Shown: positions 1 through 9,095 of the stretch, piece after piece
Layout: the number at the start of each line of letters is the position of its first letter
How positions within the stretch are numbered: the first letter of the stretch is position 1
Source: a bacterium
GTDB taxonomy: Bacteria > Patescibacteriota > Patescibacteriia > Patescibacteriales > JAKAJF01
Direction: 5' to 3'
Assembly (NCBI GenBank): GCA_021788015.1
Contig: JAJYLD010000002.1
Span: 26,739-90,738 of the forward strand
DNA length: 64,000 nucleotides
Made by a program: the position numbers and the translations under genes
Notes under the pieces: model-generated
The model's input: only the letters and a program-made list of their open reading frames with translations
Told to the model about the DNA's origin: nothing
Databases searched by the model: none

Positions 1-257
1 ACGTTTCCTTGTGTTACCATAAAAAAGTAACAAAATTATTAAATATTTTTGCTGCTGAAAAATTGGAACGTGGTTAAGGAATTCGGAAGAAAATGAACCA
101 ATTTTACCTTAAATTACCGAAAATTTGAGCAACTAACAAACATGACTTTACATACTGGCGAAGTCAAAAGTACTCGAACAAAATTCAACCCACAAAAAGC
201 CAACAACCTAGCTAAAATCTTCTAGGCCTTTTTCAGTTTGCGAAAAAATAAAACGGT

Positions 258-1775
258 ATGGAATACATAATCGGCGCGATTATTCTAGCAATAGTTGGTT
301 TTTTTGTCGGTTATTTTTATCATCGCATCAAGGCGCACTCAAAAATAAACAGCGCGGAAAACAATGCTGAAAAAATTGTCGCGGAAGCAAAAGCCGAGCA
401 GGCAAAAATAATTCTGCATGCCCAGGAAAAAGCTTTAAAAGTAATCGAAGAAGCGAAAAAAGACGAAGAAAGAAGACGCCAGGAAATCAACAGTCTGCAG
501 GGAAGGCTGGAGAAACGCGAAACCGCTTTCTCGCAAAAATTATTGGAGCTCCAGGAAAAACAACAGCAACTTTACGACAAAGTAAACAAAGTCGAGGAAG
601 TAAAAGAAAAAATTAAAAAGATCAGGGAGGAACAATTGGTAAAACTTGAAAAAATCGCCGGCATGAACAAAGAAGAAGCGAAAGAAGTTTTATTCAAAAA
701 TATCGAGGAACGGGCGAAGGACGATTTGATGGTGCGCATCAACAAGCTGGAAAAAGAATCGACCGAAGTTTTGGACGAGAAAGCGCGCGATTTGATGGCA
801 AGCGCCATGCAAAGATTGGTTTCTTCTTATACCCCGGAAATTACGACCACGACCGTCGATCTGCCGAATGACGAAATGAAAGGGCGCATCATCGGCCGCG
901 AAGGCAGAAACATAAAAACAATCGAGCAATTGACCGGCACGGAAATCATTGTTGACGATACTCCGAACGTAATCACCATTTCGGGATTTTCCCCGATTCG
1001 AAGACATATCGCAAAACGCGCTCTCGACCGCCTTATTTTAGACGGACGCATTCATCCGACGAAAATCGAAGACGCGATCGAAGAAGCGAAAAAAGAATTG
1101 GCCCTGGACATCAAAAAGGCCGGCGAAGAAGCCATGTATGAAGTCGGCGTCACCGGCTTTGATCCGAAATTTGTTCAAATTTTGGGAAGACTGAAATATA
1201 GAACCAGCTACGGTCAAAACGCGCTCGGGCATTCGATTGAAGTGGCGCATTTGTCTGCTTTGCTTGCGGAAGAACTCGGCGCCGATGTCACCGTTGCGAA
1301 AAAGGGCGGTCTTTTGCATGATATCGGCAAAGCGGTAGACCACGAAGTTCAGGGCACTCATCCGGAAATCGGCAAACAATTGGCGCAAAAATTCAACTTG
1401 CCCCAGGAAATTATCGATCCGATAGAGACTCATCATGACGACCGACCGCGCGGTTTGGTTTCCGTAATCGTTAAAGTCGCCGACGCGATTTCCTCGGCGA
1501 GACCGGGCGCGCGTAACGACTCTTTCGAAAGATACATTCAGAGACTCGAGGAACTTGAAAAAATCGCAACTTCTTTCGAAGGCATCGAGAAAGCTTTCGC
1601 GATCCAGGCCGGAAGAGAAGTCAGGGTTTTTGTTGTCCCGGACAAAATCGACGATCTCGGCGCCTACAATATGGCGCGCGACATCGCGAAAAAAATCGAA
1701 CAGGAATTAAAATATCCCGGCGAAATCAAAATTAATGTCATCCGAGAAATGCGCATAACCGAATACGCGCGTTAA
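258..1775 (+). CDS. rny: Ribonuclease Y (N-terminal TM helix, coiled coil, KH domain, HD domain)
   Basis: N-terminal membrane anchor MEYIIGAIILAIVGFFVGYF, KH-like GRIIGREGRNIKTIEQLTG, HD motif LLHDIGK; conserved rny-ymdB synteny downstream. Confidence 0.9.
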   Translation: MEYIIGAIILAIVGFFVGYFYHRIKAHSKINSAENNAEKIVAEAKAEQAKIILHAQEKALKVIEEAKKDEERRRQEINSLQGRLEKRETAFSQKLLELQEKQQQLYDKVNKVEEVKEKIKKIREEQLVKLEKIAGMNKEEAKEVLFKNIEERAKDDLMVRINKLEKESTEVLDEKARDLMASAMQRLVSSYTPEITTTTVDLPNDEMKGRIIGREGRNIKTIEQLTGTEIIVDDTPNVITISGFSPIRRHIAKRALDRLILDGRIHPTKIEDAIEEAKKELALDIKKAGEEAMYEVGVTGFDPKFVQILGRLKYRTSYGQNALGHSIEVAHLSALLAEELGADVTVAKKGGLLHDIGKAVDHEVQGTHPEIGKQLAQKFNLPQEIIDPIETHHDDRPRGLVSVIVKVADAISSARPGARNDSFERYIQRLEELEKIATSFEGIEKAFAIQAGREVRVFVVPDKIDDLGAYNMARDIAKKIEQELKYPGEIKINVIREMRITEYAR

Positions 1776-1909
1776 AGTATTGTCATCCCGGAGGGAATCC
1801 GATTTATCGGATGACCGATAGGATCTCGTGTTCTAAAAACAAAACGAGACGCTATCCCCCGGATCAAGTCCGGGGCTAAAGGCAAGTCGCTCCAGCATGA
1901 CATTTTAAT

Positions 1910-2713
1910 ATGTTAAATATTATCTTCATCGGCGATATCAATGGAAAAATCGGACGTGAGGCGATAAAAAAAATATTGCCCGAGCTTAAGCGTGAATTAA
2001 AACCGGATTTGGTAATCGCCAACGGAGAAAATATGGCCCATGGTTCGGGTTTGACCCTTCCAACCGTGAAAGAAATGATGGAAGCCGGAATCGATATTTT
2101 TACCAACGGCGACCATGCTTTCGATCGTGAAAAAATCGCCGATTTGTACGCAAGCGATCTGCCCGTCATTCGTCCCGCCAATTTTGCCGAAGGGGTGCCG
2201 GGCAAGGGATTTCTGATTTTTGAAAAGAATGGACATAAATTTTTAATCATAAATTTATTGGGACGCGTATTTATGGGCATGAATTACGATTGCCCGTTCA
2301 AAAAATTGGATGAAATCTTAGCCGATAAAAATTTGTCAAAGGATGAATTTTCTGCTATAATTGTTGATATGCATGCGGAAGCGACTTCGGAAAAAATCGC
2401 TTTGGGACATTATGGAGACGGACGCGTAAGCGCATGTTTAGGAACGCATACGCACGTTATGACGGCGGATGAAACGGTTACTGAAAAAGGAACGGCTTTT
2501 ATTACCGATGTCGGCATGGTCGGAGCGGCCGATGAATGCATCGGAGTGGAAAAAGAAGGAATAATAAAAACATTTTTAACGCAAATAAAACAAAAACACG
2601 TAATCCCGGAAAAGGGGCGCGCGATTTTCAATTCAGTATTTATCGCCATCAATCCAAAAACAAAAAAATCGACAAAAATAAAATCAATAACAAAGTTCGT
2701 TGAAATAAAATAA
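1910..2713 (+). CDS. ymdB: YmdB-like metallophosphoesterase (2',3'-cyclic-nucleotide phosphodiesterase family)
   Basis: N-terminus IIFIGDINGKIGREAIKKILPELKRELKPDLVIANGENMAHGSGLT matches the YmdB/TIGR00282 calcineurin-like signature; sits immediately downstream of rny as in Bacillus. Confidence 0.75.
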   Translation: MLNIIFIGDINGKIGREAIKKILPELKRELKPDLVIANGENMAHGSGLTLPTVKEMMEAGIDIFTNGDHAFDREKIADLYASDLPVIRPANFAEGVPGKGFLIFEKNGHKFLIINLLGRVFMGMNYDCPFKKLDEILADKNLSKDEFSAIIVDMHAEATSEKIALGHYGDGRVSACLGTHTHVMTADETVTEKGTAFITDVGMVGAADECIGVEKEGIIKTFLTQIKQKHVIPEKGRAIFNSVFIAINPKTKKSTKIKSITKFVEIK

Positions 2714-2856
2714 ATGAAGTTACAGATTTTAGATTAACAGGTTTCAGTAAAGATTCTAAAACCCGCACCTACAACTTAAAACTAATAATATGAGTCTGGC
2801 GTTGACGATTATCAACTCGTTAACGCGCGAACTCGTTAATAAATAATATTAAATTT

Positions 2857-3138
2857 ATGAATAAAGCAGCGTTAATTGAAAAATTGGCCGCGGAAGCGCA
2901 AGTCACAAAAAAACAGGCGGAAGACATGGTCGAAGGCCTGATAAAAATCATTATCGACGAACTGAAAGCCGGCAACGAAGTAACCCTAACCGGTTTCGGC
3001 ACGTTCATGGCCAAAACCCGCCACGCGCGCGGCGGCGTCAATCCTCAAAATCCGACAGAAAGAATCCAAATTCCGGAAGTAAGGGTTTGCAAATTCAAAA
3101 CAGGTAAAACATTGAAAGACGCGTTGAAAGGAAAATAA
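2857..3138 (+). CDS. hup: HU-family DNA-binding protein
   Basis: 93 aa; MNKAALIEKLA...GFGTF...RNPQT-like arm motif typical of HU/IHF. Confidence 0.85.
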   Translation: MNKAALIEKLAAEAQVTKKQAEDMVEGLIKIIIDELKAGNEVTLTGFGTFMAKTRHARGGVNPQNPTERIQIPEVRVCKFKTGKTLKDALKGK

Positions 3139-3151
3139 TTCTATAAACAAA

Positions 3152-3184
3152 AACGGCTCCCCAATAATCGGAGCTGTTTTTTTG
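3152..3184 (+). terminator. Rho-independent terminator after hup (CGGCUCC..GGAGCUG stem plus U7)
   Basis: Hairpin cggctcc/ggagctg followed by ttttttt; abuts 3' end of the minus-strand tRNA-Lys. Confidence 0.55.
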
Positions 3185-3257
3185 TGCGCCCAGGGGGATT
3201 CGAACCCTCGACCGTATCCTTAAGAGGGATCCGCTCTACCGACTGAGCTATGGGCGC
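3185..3257 (-). tRNA. tRNA-Lys (anticodon CTT)
   Basis: Reverse complement gives GCGCCCA acceptor, D-arm GCTCAGTCGGTAGAGC, anticodon loop CUCUUAA, T-loop TTCGAAT; folded by hand. Confidence 0.75.
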
Positions 3258-3307
3258 TTAATAATATTTAACCATTAACAATTAACCTTTTGTTAATTGT
3301 TGTATTG

Positions 3308-3381
3308 TAGCGGCGAGTGGAATTGAACCACTGACCTTGGCGTTATGAGTGCCACGCTCTTACCAACTGAGCTACGCCGCC
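3308..3381 (-). tRNA. tRNA-Met (anticodon CAT), elongator type or tRNA-Ile2 (lysidine); not initiator-like
   Basis: Reverse complement GGCGGCGTAGCTCAGTTGGTAAGAGC...CTCATAA...GGTTCAATTCC...CGCCGCT; paired 1-72 (G-U) and no GGG/CCC anticodon stem, arguing against initiator. Confidence 0.7.
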
Positions 3382-3484
3382 TAACAACCGTTAATTTTTA
3401 GCAATTAACATTTAACTCTTTGTTTTTTAAAAATCAAAATTGTTAATTGTTAAAGATTAATGGTTAACTGTTATTTCCGATTTG

Positions 3485-3558
3485 CGCTCCCTGCAGGACT
3501 TGAACCCACAACCTTCTGGTCCGAAGCCAGACGCTCTATCCAATTGAGCTAAGGGAGC
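3485..3558 (-). tRNA. tRNA-Arg (anticodon TCG)
   Basis: Reverse complement GCTCCCTTAGCTCAATTGGATAGAGC G TCTGG CTTCGGA CCAGA ... AGGGAGC G; anticodon loop CUUCGGA with G37. Confidence 0.65.
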
Positions 3559-3559
3559 G

Positions 3560-3625
3560 TATACAAGACAATCGGTCCGATCCCGCCGAATGGCGGGACT
3601 ATCCAATTGATTTAAGGACGCTTTT
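3560..3625 (-). pseudogene. Degenerate partial copy of the 5' part of the adjacent tRNA-Arg (tRNA remnant)
   Basis: CTATCCAATTGA(TTTAAGGACGC) repeats CTATCCAATTGAGCTAAGGGAGCG of the intact tRNA; cannot fold into a full cloverleaf. Confidence 0.45.
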
Positions 3626-3647
3626 TAATGCTATTTTTAAACTAAAC

Positions 3648-3680
3648 AAAAACTCCTCAGAGGAGTTTATTGTTTTTATG
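3648..3680. terminator. Bidirectional hairpin terminator (AAAAACTCCTCagaGGAGTTT..TTTTT)
   Basis: Perfect stem ACTCCTC/GAGGAGT flanked by A-run and T-run; downstream of minus-strand gene 3710..4015. Confidence 0.6.
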
Positions 3681-3709
3681 ATAACATAATGTAAAATTTT
3701 TGCAAGGTT

Positions 3710-4015
3710 TTACTTAACAGCTTTCAATTTTTTTAAGATGAGAAGCAAATTTTGTCTGGCTTGTCCCTCGCTCTCGGCGGAAGCGGAGGTTGTTGAACCG
3801 GTCGTGGACGCGGAAGACTTGTCCAAAGTCGCCAATACGTCTCTTAACTCCTTATTTTTATTTTCTATTTTTTTCTGAATATCGACATGATTTATTTTCG
3901 TGTTCTCAAGCGATGCCAAATAATCGTTTTGTTTTTTATTGTAAACACCGAAAAAAACCGCAATGATCGCGAGAACAATGACCAAGAGAATTACAAGAGC
4001 GTGTTTAATGGACAT
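3710..4015 (-). CDS. Small membrane-anchored coiled-coil protein (hypothetical)
   Basis: N-terminal TM LVILLVIVLAIIAVFFGV then charged coiled-coil; last gene of a minus-strand operon. Confidence 0.5.
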   Translation of the reverse strand: MSIKHALVILLVIVLAIIAVFFGVYNKKQNDYLASLENTKINHVDIQKKIENKNKELRDVLATLDKSSASTTGSTTSASAESEGQARQNLLLILKKLKAVK

Positions 4016-4034
4016 AAAAATTTAAAATTTTAAA

Positions 4035-4685
4035 CTATTTGGCGGTGGTCGACGACGCTTGAATCGTGGGAGTCGCCGATGGCGCGACGGGCGAATTTTC
4101 AATCGACTGATTGATGTCTATCTCCACTGCTTTAAATTCTTCGGCGGTTTTGATATCGCTGTCGGATATGATTGAAATTTGTTCGCCGACTTTGATATCG
4201 GACAGGCTGATTTGCTTTTTCTCAAAAGGCGCGGGCGGAACGACCGTTTGTGGTTGAGCGCTGCCGTTTTGCGGTTGGTTTTCGATTTGGGCTTGCACCG
4301 CTTTTCGGAAATCGGTTATTTCTTTTTGATATTCTTGCGGATTTTTTTGAACCATTTGAAAAACTTTGGTATGGCTATCGATATCGACGATTCTTTCGTT
4401 TAAGCTCGAATCGGCCGACGGATAGAATTGAGCGACTTTCACCGTCAATTTGTTTCCGTCTATTTTCTCCACCGTTCCGCTGATACCTTTAATCTCAATC
4501 GGAATCGTTTCCTTTTGAGCTTGATTTAATTTTTGTTCGGCGGCATTCCAGCCGGCTTGATATATATCGCGGCTATTGGCGTTAGGCGGACAATTAAATG
4601 CTTTGGATTTTATATTCAGGCCAGAAATAATCCCTAAAAGAAAAACCAAAACGATTGCGATTATGATAATTAATTTTTTGGACAT
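4035..4685 (-). CDS. Membrane-anchored hypothetical protein
   Basis: N-terminal TM IIIIAIVLVFLLGIISGL; no recognised domain. Confidence 0.5.
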   Translation of the reverse strand: MSKKLIIIIAIVLVFLLGIISGLNIKSKAFNCPPNANSRDIYQAGWNAAEQKLNQAQKETIPIEIKGISGTVEKIDGNKLTVKVAQFYPSADSSLNERIVDIDSHTKVFQMVQKNPQEYQKEITDFRKAVQAQIENQPQNGSAQPQTVVPPAPFEKKQISLSDIKVGEQISIISDSDIKTAEEFKAVEIDINQSIENSPVAPSATPTIQASSTTAK

Positions 4686-4701
4686 AAAATTTGATTATAA
4701 A

Positions 4702-5727
4702 TTATTGTTTGGATATGTATTCGGTTACAATCACGACACCGGGAGCGCCGTTACCGCCGTTATAAGCCGTATAACTGCCCGAACTCCAATCTTCATAAAG
4801 ACTGCCGCCGCCGCCGCCGCTACCATAAGCTTTCCCCGAAGAGCCGTCATTGCCGGCGATATCTCTGCCGCCCGCGCCGAAATGAGAACTACCGCCCATG
4901 CCACCGGGTAAGGGGGGATTATAATATCCGGGATTACCCCAAAAAGAAGGAAATCCGTACTGTCCCGAAATATTCACGTCTCCGCCACTGCCATTCCCGC
5001 CAGCCCAAGACCAGTCAACAGATCCGCCGCCGCCGCCGCCGCCCGTTGCGCTAAGAAAAGGGGAGACCAAAGGTCCGAACGAGGATGTGCCGCCAGATCC
5101 GCCTGAACAGTCGCAAAAATTGTTACTATTTCCTCCTCCTCCTCCTCCTCCGACAACCACGGGTTGTGAAGAACCGATTTGCGCGGCGGTTAATGTTTTT
5201 CTGGCATAACCGCCGCTTGCTCCTCCGCACCCGGGAAAATCTCCCGGATTAGCACAACTGCCCCATTCAAGATAGCCGGCGGCACCGCCGCCTCCGCCGC
5301 CAACCACTTCGATGACAGCGTAAACGAGTCCGGGAGAAGGCGTGTACGTTCCGCTACCGGTGAACACTTTCACGTTTATTTTGTTTATTGCCGCTGATGT
5401 TTGAATCGTGTTATCGGGAAATTGAATGCCACCGCTTGACGATTGGATTATTCCGGTTACGCTCAATTTCTGGTTCGGCGTATCCGTTCCGACGCCGACA
5501 CTGCCCATTAAGGCCGAGTTTCCGGTGACGGCGAAATTTCCACCGATGCCGAGATCGCCTAGTTTTGTTTGACTGGACGCGCTCGTATCGACCGGGGTCG
5601 CGGTATTATTGTTGGGCGGGGTCGCGGTCGGTTCGGTCCAGGTCGGTACTGCAAAAATGTTTCGGGAAGCGATGGAGAGGCCGAGAGCGATCGCGCTTGC
5701 CAATATTATTAAAAATATTTTTTTCAT
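4702..5727 (-). CDS. Secreted glycine-rich protein, phage-tail-fibre-associated Gly_rich-like domain (paralogue 1)
   Basis: Signal peptide; motif SGTYTPSPGLVYAVIEVVGGGGGG; poly-Gly tracts; C-terminal GAPGVVIVTEYI; 5' half nearly identical at DNA level to 5808..6917. Confidence 0.6.
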   Translation of the reverse strand: MKKIFLIILASAIALGLSIASRNIFAVPTWTEPTATPPNNNTATPVDTSASSQTKLGDLGIGGNFAVTGNSALMGSVGVGTDTPNQKLSVTGIIQSSSGGIQFPDNTIQTSAAINKINVKVFTGSGTYTPSPGLVYAVIEVVGGGGGGAAGYLEWGSCANPGDFPGCGGASGGYARKTLTAAQIGSSQPVVVGGGGGGGNSNNFCDCSGGSGGTSSFGPLVSPFLSATGGGGGGGSVDWSWAGGNGSGGDVNISGQYGFPSFWGNPGYYNPPLPGGMGGSSHFGAGGRDIAGNDGSSGKAYGSGGGGGSLYEDWSSGSYTAYNGGNGAPGVVIVTEYISKQ

Positions 5728-5807
5728 TTTCTTTATTGACGGTTTTCAAATTTTTAAGTTCGGAAATGAACGGTAGCGATCCGTAAAGTAATAAAAATAT
5801 CCATATT

Positions 5808-6917
5808 TTATTGCTTTATGTACTCGGTTACTATAACTACACCGCCCGCGCCTGCGCCGCCGTTATGAGCATAAAAATAACCTCCGCATCCGCCGCCGCC
5901 ATAGTTTATTCCATTGCCCGCCCAAGCGCTGCAACCCGGACCAAAATAAGAAGATCCGCCACCATCGAAACTTTGACAACTGGTCTGAATAAGAGCGTTA
6001 AATCCGTCGCTGCCATAAATATTTAAATCTCCGCCGTTACCGTTGCTGCCTACGCCGCCGTTACCGTTGCTATAACCGCCGGTTCCGCCCGATGCGCTAA
6101 GAAAAGGCGATCCCGACGGACCAAATGAAGATGTGCCTCCGTTTATTCCGTTATTGCCGCAACTGCCGTTACCAACTCCGCCGGTTCCGCCCGCGCCGAT
6201 GGTTACGGTCTGAGAAGAACCGATTTGCGCGGCGGTTAATGTTTTTCTGGCATAACCTCCTCCTCCTCCACCACCACCACAATAATTACTGTGGCCGCTG
6301 CACGTATTGTCGCTGAAACTGCCGCCGCCGCCGCCGCCGCCAACCACTTCGATGACAGCGTAAACGAGTCCGGGAGAAGGCGTGTATGTTCCGCTACCGG
6401 TGAACACTTTCACGTTTATTTTGTTTATTGCCGCTGATGTTTGAATCGTGTTGTCGGGAAATTGAATGCCGCCGCTTGACGATTGGATTATTCCGGTTAC
6501 GCTCAATTTCTGGTTCGGCGTATCCGTTCCGACGCCGACACTGCCCATTAAGGCCGAGTTTCCGGTGACGGCGAAATTTCCACCGATGCCGAGATCGCCT
6601 AGTTTTGTTTGACTGGACGCGCTCGTATCGACCGGGGTCGCGGTATTATTGTTGGGCGGGGTCGCGGTCGGTTCGGTCCAGGCGGCAATAATGCTCTGCA
6701 GAGCGATAGAGAGACCGAAAACGATAAGAATTGTCGGGATTAAAAGTAAAAAGTTTTTTATTTTTATCCCTTTGGATGTTTTTTGTTTTTTGTTTGGCAC
6801 AATTTTTTTATGAATCTCGCTCGTTAAAAATTTAATACTAACGAGATTCTTCTTATTTTTGGAGTACTTGAGTATGTTAGTAATTTTATTATACCATAAA
6901 AATCGATTCCGTCGCAA
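5808..6917 (-). CDS. Secreted glycine-rich protein (paralogue 2); true start probably internal or alternative near 6790
   Basis: Shares the ~150-aa N-terminal domain (WTEPTATPPNNN...VVGGGGGG) with 4702..5727; the ORF-track N-terminal 60 aa is low-complexity and precedes the signal-peptide-like segment. Confidence 0.55.
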   Translation of the reverse strand: MRRNRFLWYNKITNILKYSKNKKNLVSIKFLTSEIHKKIVPNKKQKTSKGIKIKNFLLLIPTILIVFGLSIALQSIIAAWTEPTATPPNNNTATPVDTSASSQTKLGDLGIGGNFAVTGNSALMGSVGVGTDTPNQKLSVTGIIQSSSGGIQFPDNTIQTSAAINKINVKVFTGSGTYTPSPGLVYAVIEVVGGGGGGGSFSDNTCSGHSNYCGGGGGGGGYARKTLTAAQIGSSQTVTIGAGGTGGVGNGSCGNNGINGGTSSFGPSGSPFLSASGGTGGYSNGNGGVGSNGNGGDLNIYGSDGFNALIQTSCQSFDGGGSSYFGPGCSAWAGNGINYGGGGCGGYFYAHNGGAGAGGVVIVTEYIKQ

Positions 6918-6928
6918 ATGCTTAAAAT

Positions 6929-7645
6929 CTATTTTATAAGAATCAAATAAAAATTGTATTTATCCCGATAAATTTTTTCGATTTTCAATCCAGCTTTTTT
7001 AACTATTTTTTTCAGTTCGCAGTTTCGAAAGGCATGGTAATAACGCTGGCTCGACTCGCCCCTTATCCCCTTCCAGTCAAAAAGAATATCGCCGAAATCC
7101 ATTTTATTTTTGCCTATAAATTTTAAAAGCCAAAACTTAAAAATCAATTTCACGAATTTTTTTTGTGTCCATAAATTCCAGACAGTGACGATTATTTTTC
7201 CGTTCGCGTTTATTTTATTTTTCAATTGCTTCAAGACGTTAATTTGCAAATCCTCTCCGGGGAGATGATGCAAGACGGCGATACAAAAAACATAATCGAA
7301 ATTAATCTGCGGAATTTTTCCCAAATCTAAAATATCACTAATCAAAAATTGGAAATCGAAAATTGAAAATTGAAAATTTTTTGCGTATTCTTCTTTGGCT
7401 AATTCAATCAACTTTACACTCTTATCCACGCCCAAATAATTAATTTTCTTATCCTTAAAAGCGGCAAGCAGTCTGCCATTTCCGCAACCTACATCTAAAA
7501 TCGAAGCGCCGTCTTTCACTTCTTCAGTTAGTTTGATAATTTCGGGCCATAAAGCCTTTTTTCTAGTTTCATGAAAATCCTCCGCGATATCTTCGTAATT
7601 GCGTTCGACGATTCTTAATAATTTTTCACGGGTTTGTTTGTCCAT
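6929..7645 (-). CDS. Class I SAM-dependent methyltransferase
   Basis: Motif I ILDVGCGNGRLLAAF; Rossmann-like methyltransferase layout. Confidence 0.7.
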   Translation of the reverse strand: MDKQTREKLLRIVERNYEDIAEDFHETRKKALWPEIIKLTEEVKDGASILDVGCGNGRLLAAFKDKKINYLGVDKSVKLIELAKEEYAKNFQFSIFDFQFLISDILDLGKIPQINFDYVFCIAVLHHLPGEDLQINVLKQLKNKINANGKIIVTVWNLWTQKKFVKLIFKFWLLKFIGKNKMDFGDILFDWKGIRGESSQRYYHAFRNCELKKIVKKAGLKIEKIYRDKYNFYLILIK

Positions 7646-7650
7646 AGTTT

Positions 7651-7735
7651 AGGAAGTAGGAGGTAGGAGGTAGGAGGTAGGTTGTAGTCTTTGATAAGAA
7701 ACTAACAATCTACCTCCTATTTCCTACAAGTTAAT
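7651..7735 (-). promoter_or_regulatory. 5' leader hairpin with (GTAGGAG)3 tandem repeat; the pyrimidine-rich CCUACCUCC tract abuts the start codon
   Basis: Plus strand gtaggaggtaggaggtaggaggtagg ... ctacctcctatttcctac inverted repeat; on the mRNA the GGAGG-containing arm lies ~70 nt upstream and can pair with the CCUCC arm next to AUG. Confidence 0.4.
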
Positions 7736-7747
7736 TCTACCAATTTT

Positions 7748-7776
7748 CAATAAATAAAAAAAGCGAATTGGATTTC
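7748..7776 (-). terminator. Rho-independent terminator of the purM-like gene
   Basis: Minus strand AAGCGAAAUCCAAUUCGCUUUUUUUAUUU. Confidence 0.65.
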
Positions 7777-7779
7777 GCT

Positions 7780-8994
7780 TTACCTCTTTAATTCCTCTGA
7801 AGACAACATCCTCCCTTCCTTGAAACGGGATCGTATAAGAATCTCATTTATCGGCGAGCGTGTAGTTGTGCCTACAATACTTGCGTCAATACCGTCTTTC
7901 GTCGCCTCTTCAATAAGCAGGTGAGCGTCCTTATCGCTTCTCACGATAACCATCATGCCGCAGCCGCCGTGAAAATCGCCGTGGGCATCAAGATCGGTAA
8001 TCGGGGTTAGATTTTCATCCCCGACTGCTTGAGAAAGAATTTGCGCCCAGGTTAAAGCCTTGGGCGGTTTAGGCATATCAGTAAGCATCGCTCCGATCCC
8101 CTTAGGGAGTATCTCACCGAACTTCTCCCAAATTCCTCCGCCCGTGATATGGGCGATTCCCGCGATATCAACATCCGGCTTTCTAATGCGCCCATCCGGG
8201 AGCCAACCGTGCACCCTTGTTATTGTTCTGGAATAATTAGCTGAAGGAATTGCCAGCTCTCTAAAATAAGCCCTTGCTTCCTCGGAGAGCATATCGGTCG
8301 GACCCCATTTCCTCATTCCCAATTCTATAAGTTTCGTATAACCATTACATCTTCCACCCGGCTCGCGGAAACCAATAATCGGCATGCCCGGCTCTATTTT
8401 CGAACCGTCGATTTCTTTTTCTTTATGCCCGAGTCCGATGGCCGTAGCAGTCCAGGTAAGAATCAACTGGGCGGGATGGCTGTTGTAGCAAAAAGCGGTT
8501 ATTGCCAATTTCATTCCGGCAGTCTCGCCGGTGTAGTTGGCAATCCCCGCTTTTTTGAGTGCCGCTTGGAATCCCGCGAGAAGAATTTTGATATAGGGCA
8601 GGTTCGCTTTCGTGATTTTTTTGAAATCAATCTGGTTGGCGAGAAGGGCGACGGGCAAACCGCCGTAACGGACGATATCCTCTATGCACATCTCGATAAC
8701 TTCCCACCCCAAATTAAAAAAATGGGCGGGGTCATGAAGAAGTGTAAATACTCCGGGCTTGTGACCGTCTCCGTCATTTTGCGGAATCATGTACATCTTG
8801 TCCTTGAGCATTTCCTTAAGGATATGCTTGGCCCAATTTATGCCGACTAATCCGCGTAGGCCTTTTCGCTCGATAACTTCGATAGCCGGGGCATTTTTAA
8901 AACTTGCTCTGCTTACTTTCTTGGCCAGTTTGGAAACTTCATCGCCCGGCTTAATAACCGTTTCCGCATAATCACTTTTCCTTCCCAATTTCAT
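7780..8994 (-). CDS. purM: PurM-superfamily protein, probable phosphoribosylformylglycinamidine cyclo-ligase (AIR synthase), longer than usual
   Basis: YTGETAGM and IAHITGGGIWEKFGEILPKG match the PurM N- and C-domain signatures; lies in the purN-purL operon. Confidence 0.55.
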   Translation of the reverse strand: MKLGRKSDYAETVIKPGDEVSKLAKKVSRASFKNAPAIEVIERKGLRGLVGINWAKHILKEMLKDKMYMIPQNDGDGHKPGVFTLLHDPAHFFNLGWEVIEMCIEDIVRYGGLPVALLANQIDFKKITKANLPYIKILLAGFQAALKKAGIANYTGETAGMKLAITAFCYNSHPAQLILTWTATAIGLGHKEKEIDGSKIEPGMPIIGFREPGGRCNGYTKLIELGMRKWGPTDMLSEEARAYFRELAIPSANYSRTITRVHGWLPDGRIRKPDVDIAGIAHITGGGIWEKFGEILPKGIGAMLTDMPKPPKALTWAQILSQAVGDENLTPITDLDAHGDFHGGCGMMVIVRSDKDAHLLIEEATKDGIDASIVGTTTRSPINEILIRSRFKEGRMLSSEELKR

Positions 8995-9095
8995 CCTCCG
9001 TATTATTCTGAATTTAAATTCTCAAAGAGCGAAACGCTCCTCGCTATCTATGGACATCTTATCGAAAAATCGACAAATGTCAATAAAAAAAGCTC

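Noticed and set aside
4974-5156. 60-aa ORF beginning MSEEEEEEE
   Set aside because: It is an out-of-frame reading of the (GGA)n poly-glycine tract of the glycine-rich gene on the opposite strand.
3710-7645. Possible prophage or integrated-element remnant (tRNA cluster, tRNA remnant, tail-fibre-like glycine-rich proteins)
   Set aside because: There is no integrase, terminase, capsid or recombinase, and the genes look like a membrane/surface-protein operon. The idea is kept only as a low-interest note on the tRNA remnant.
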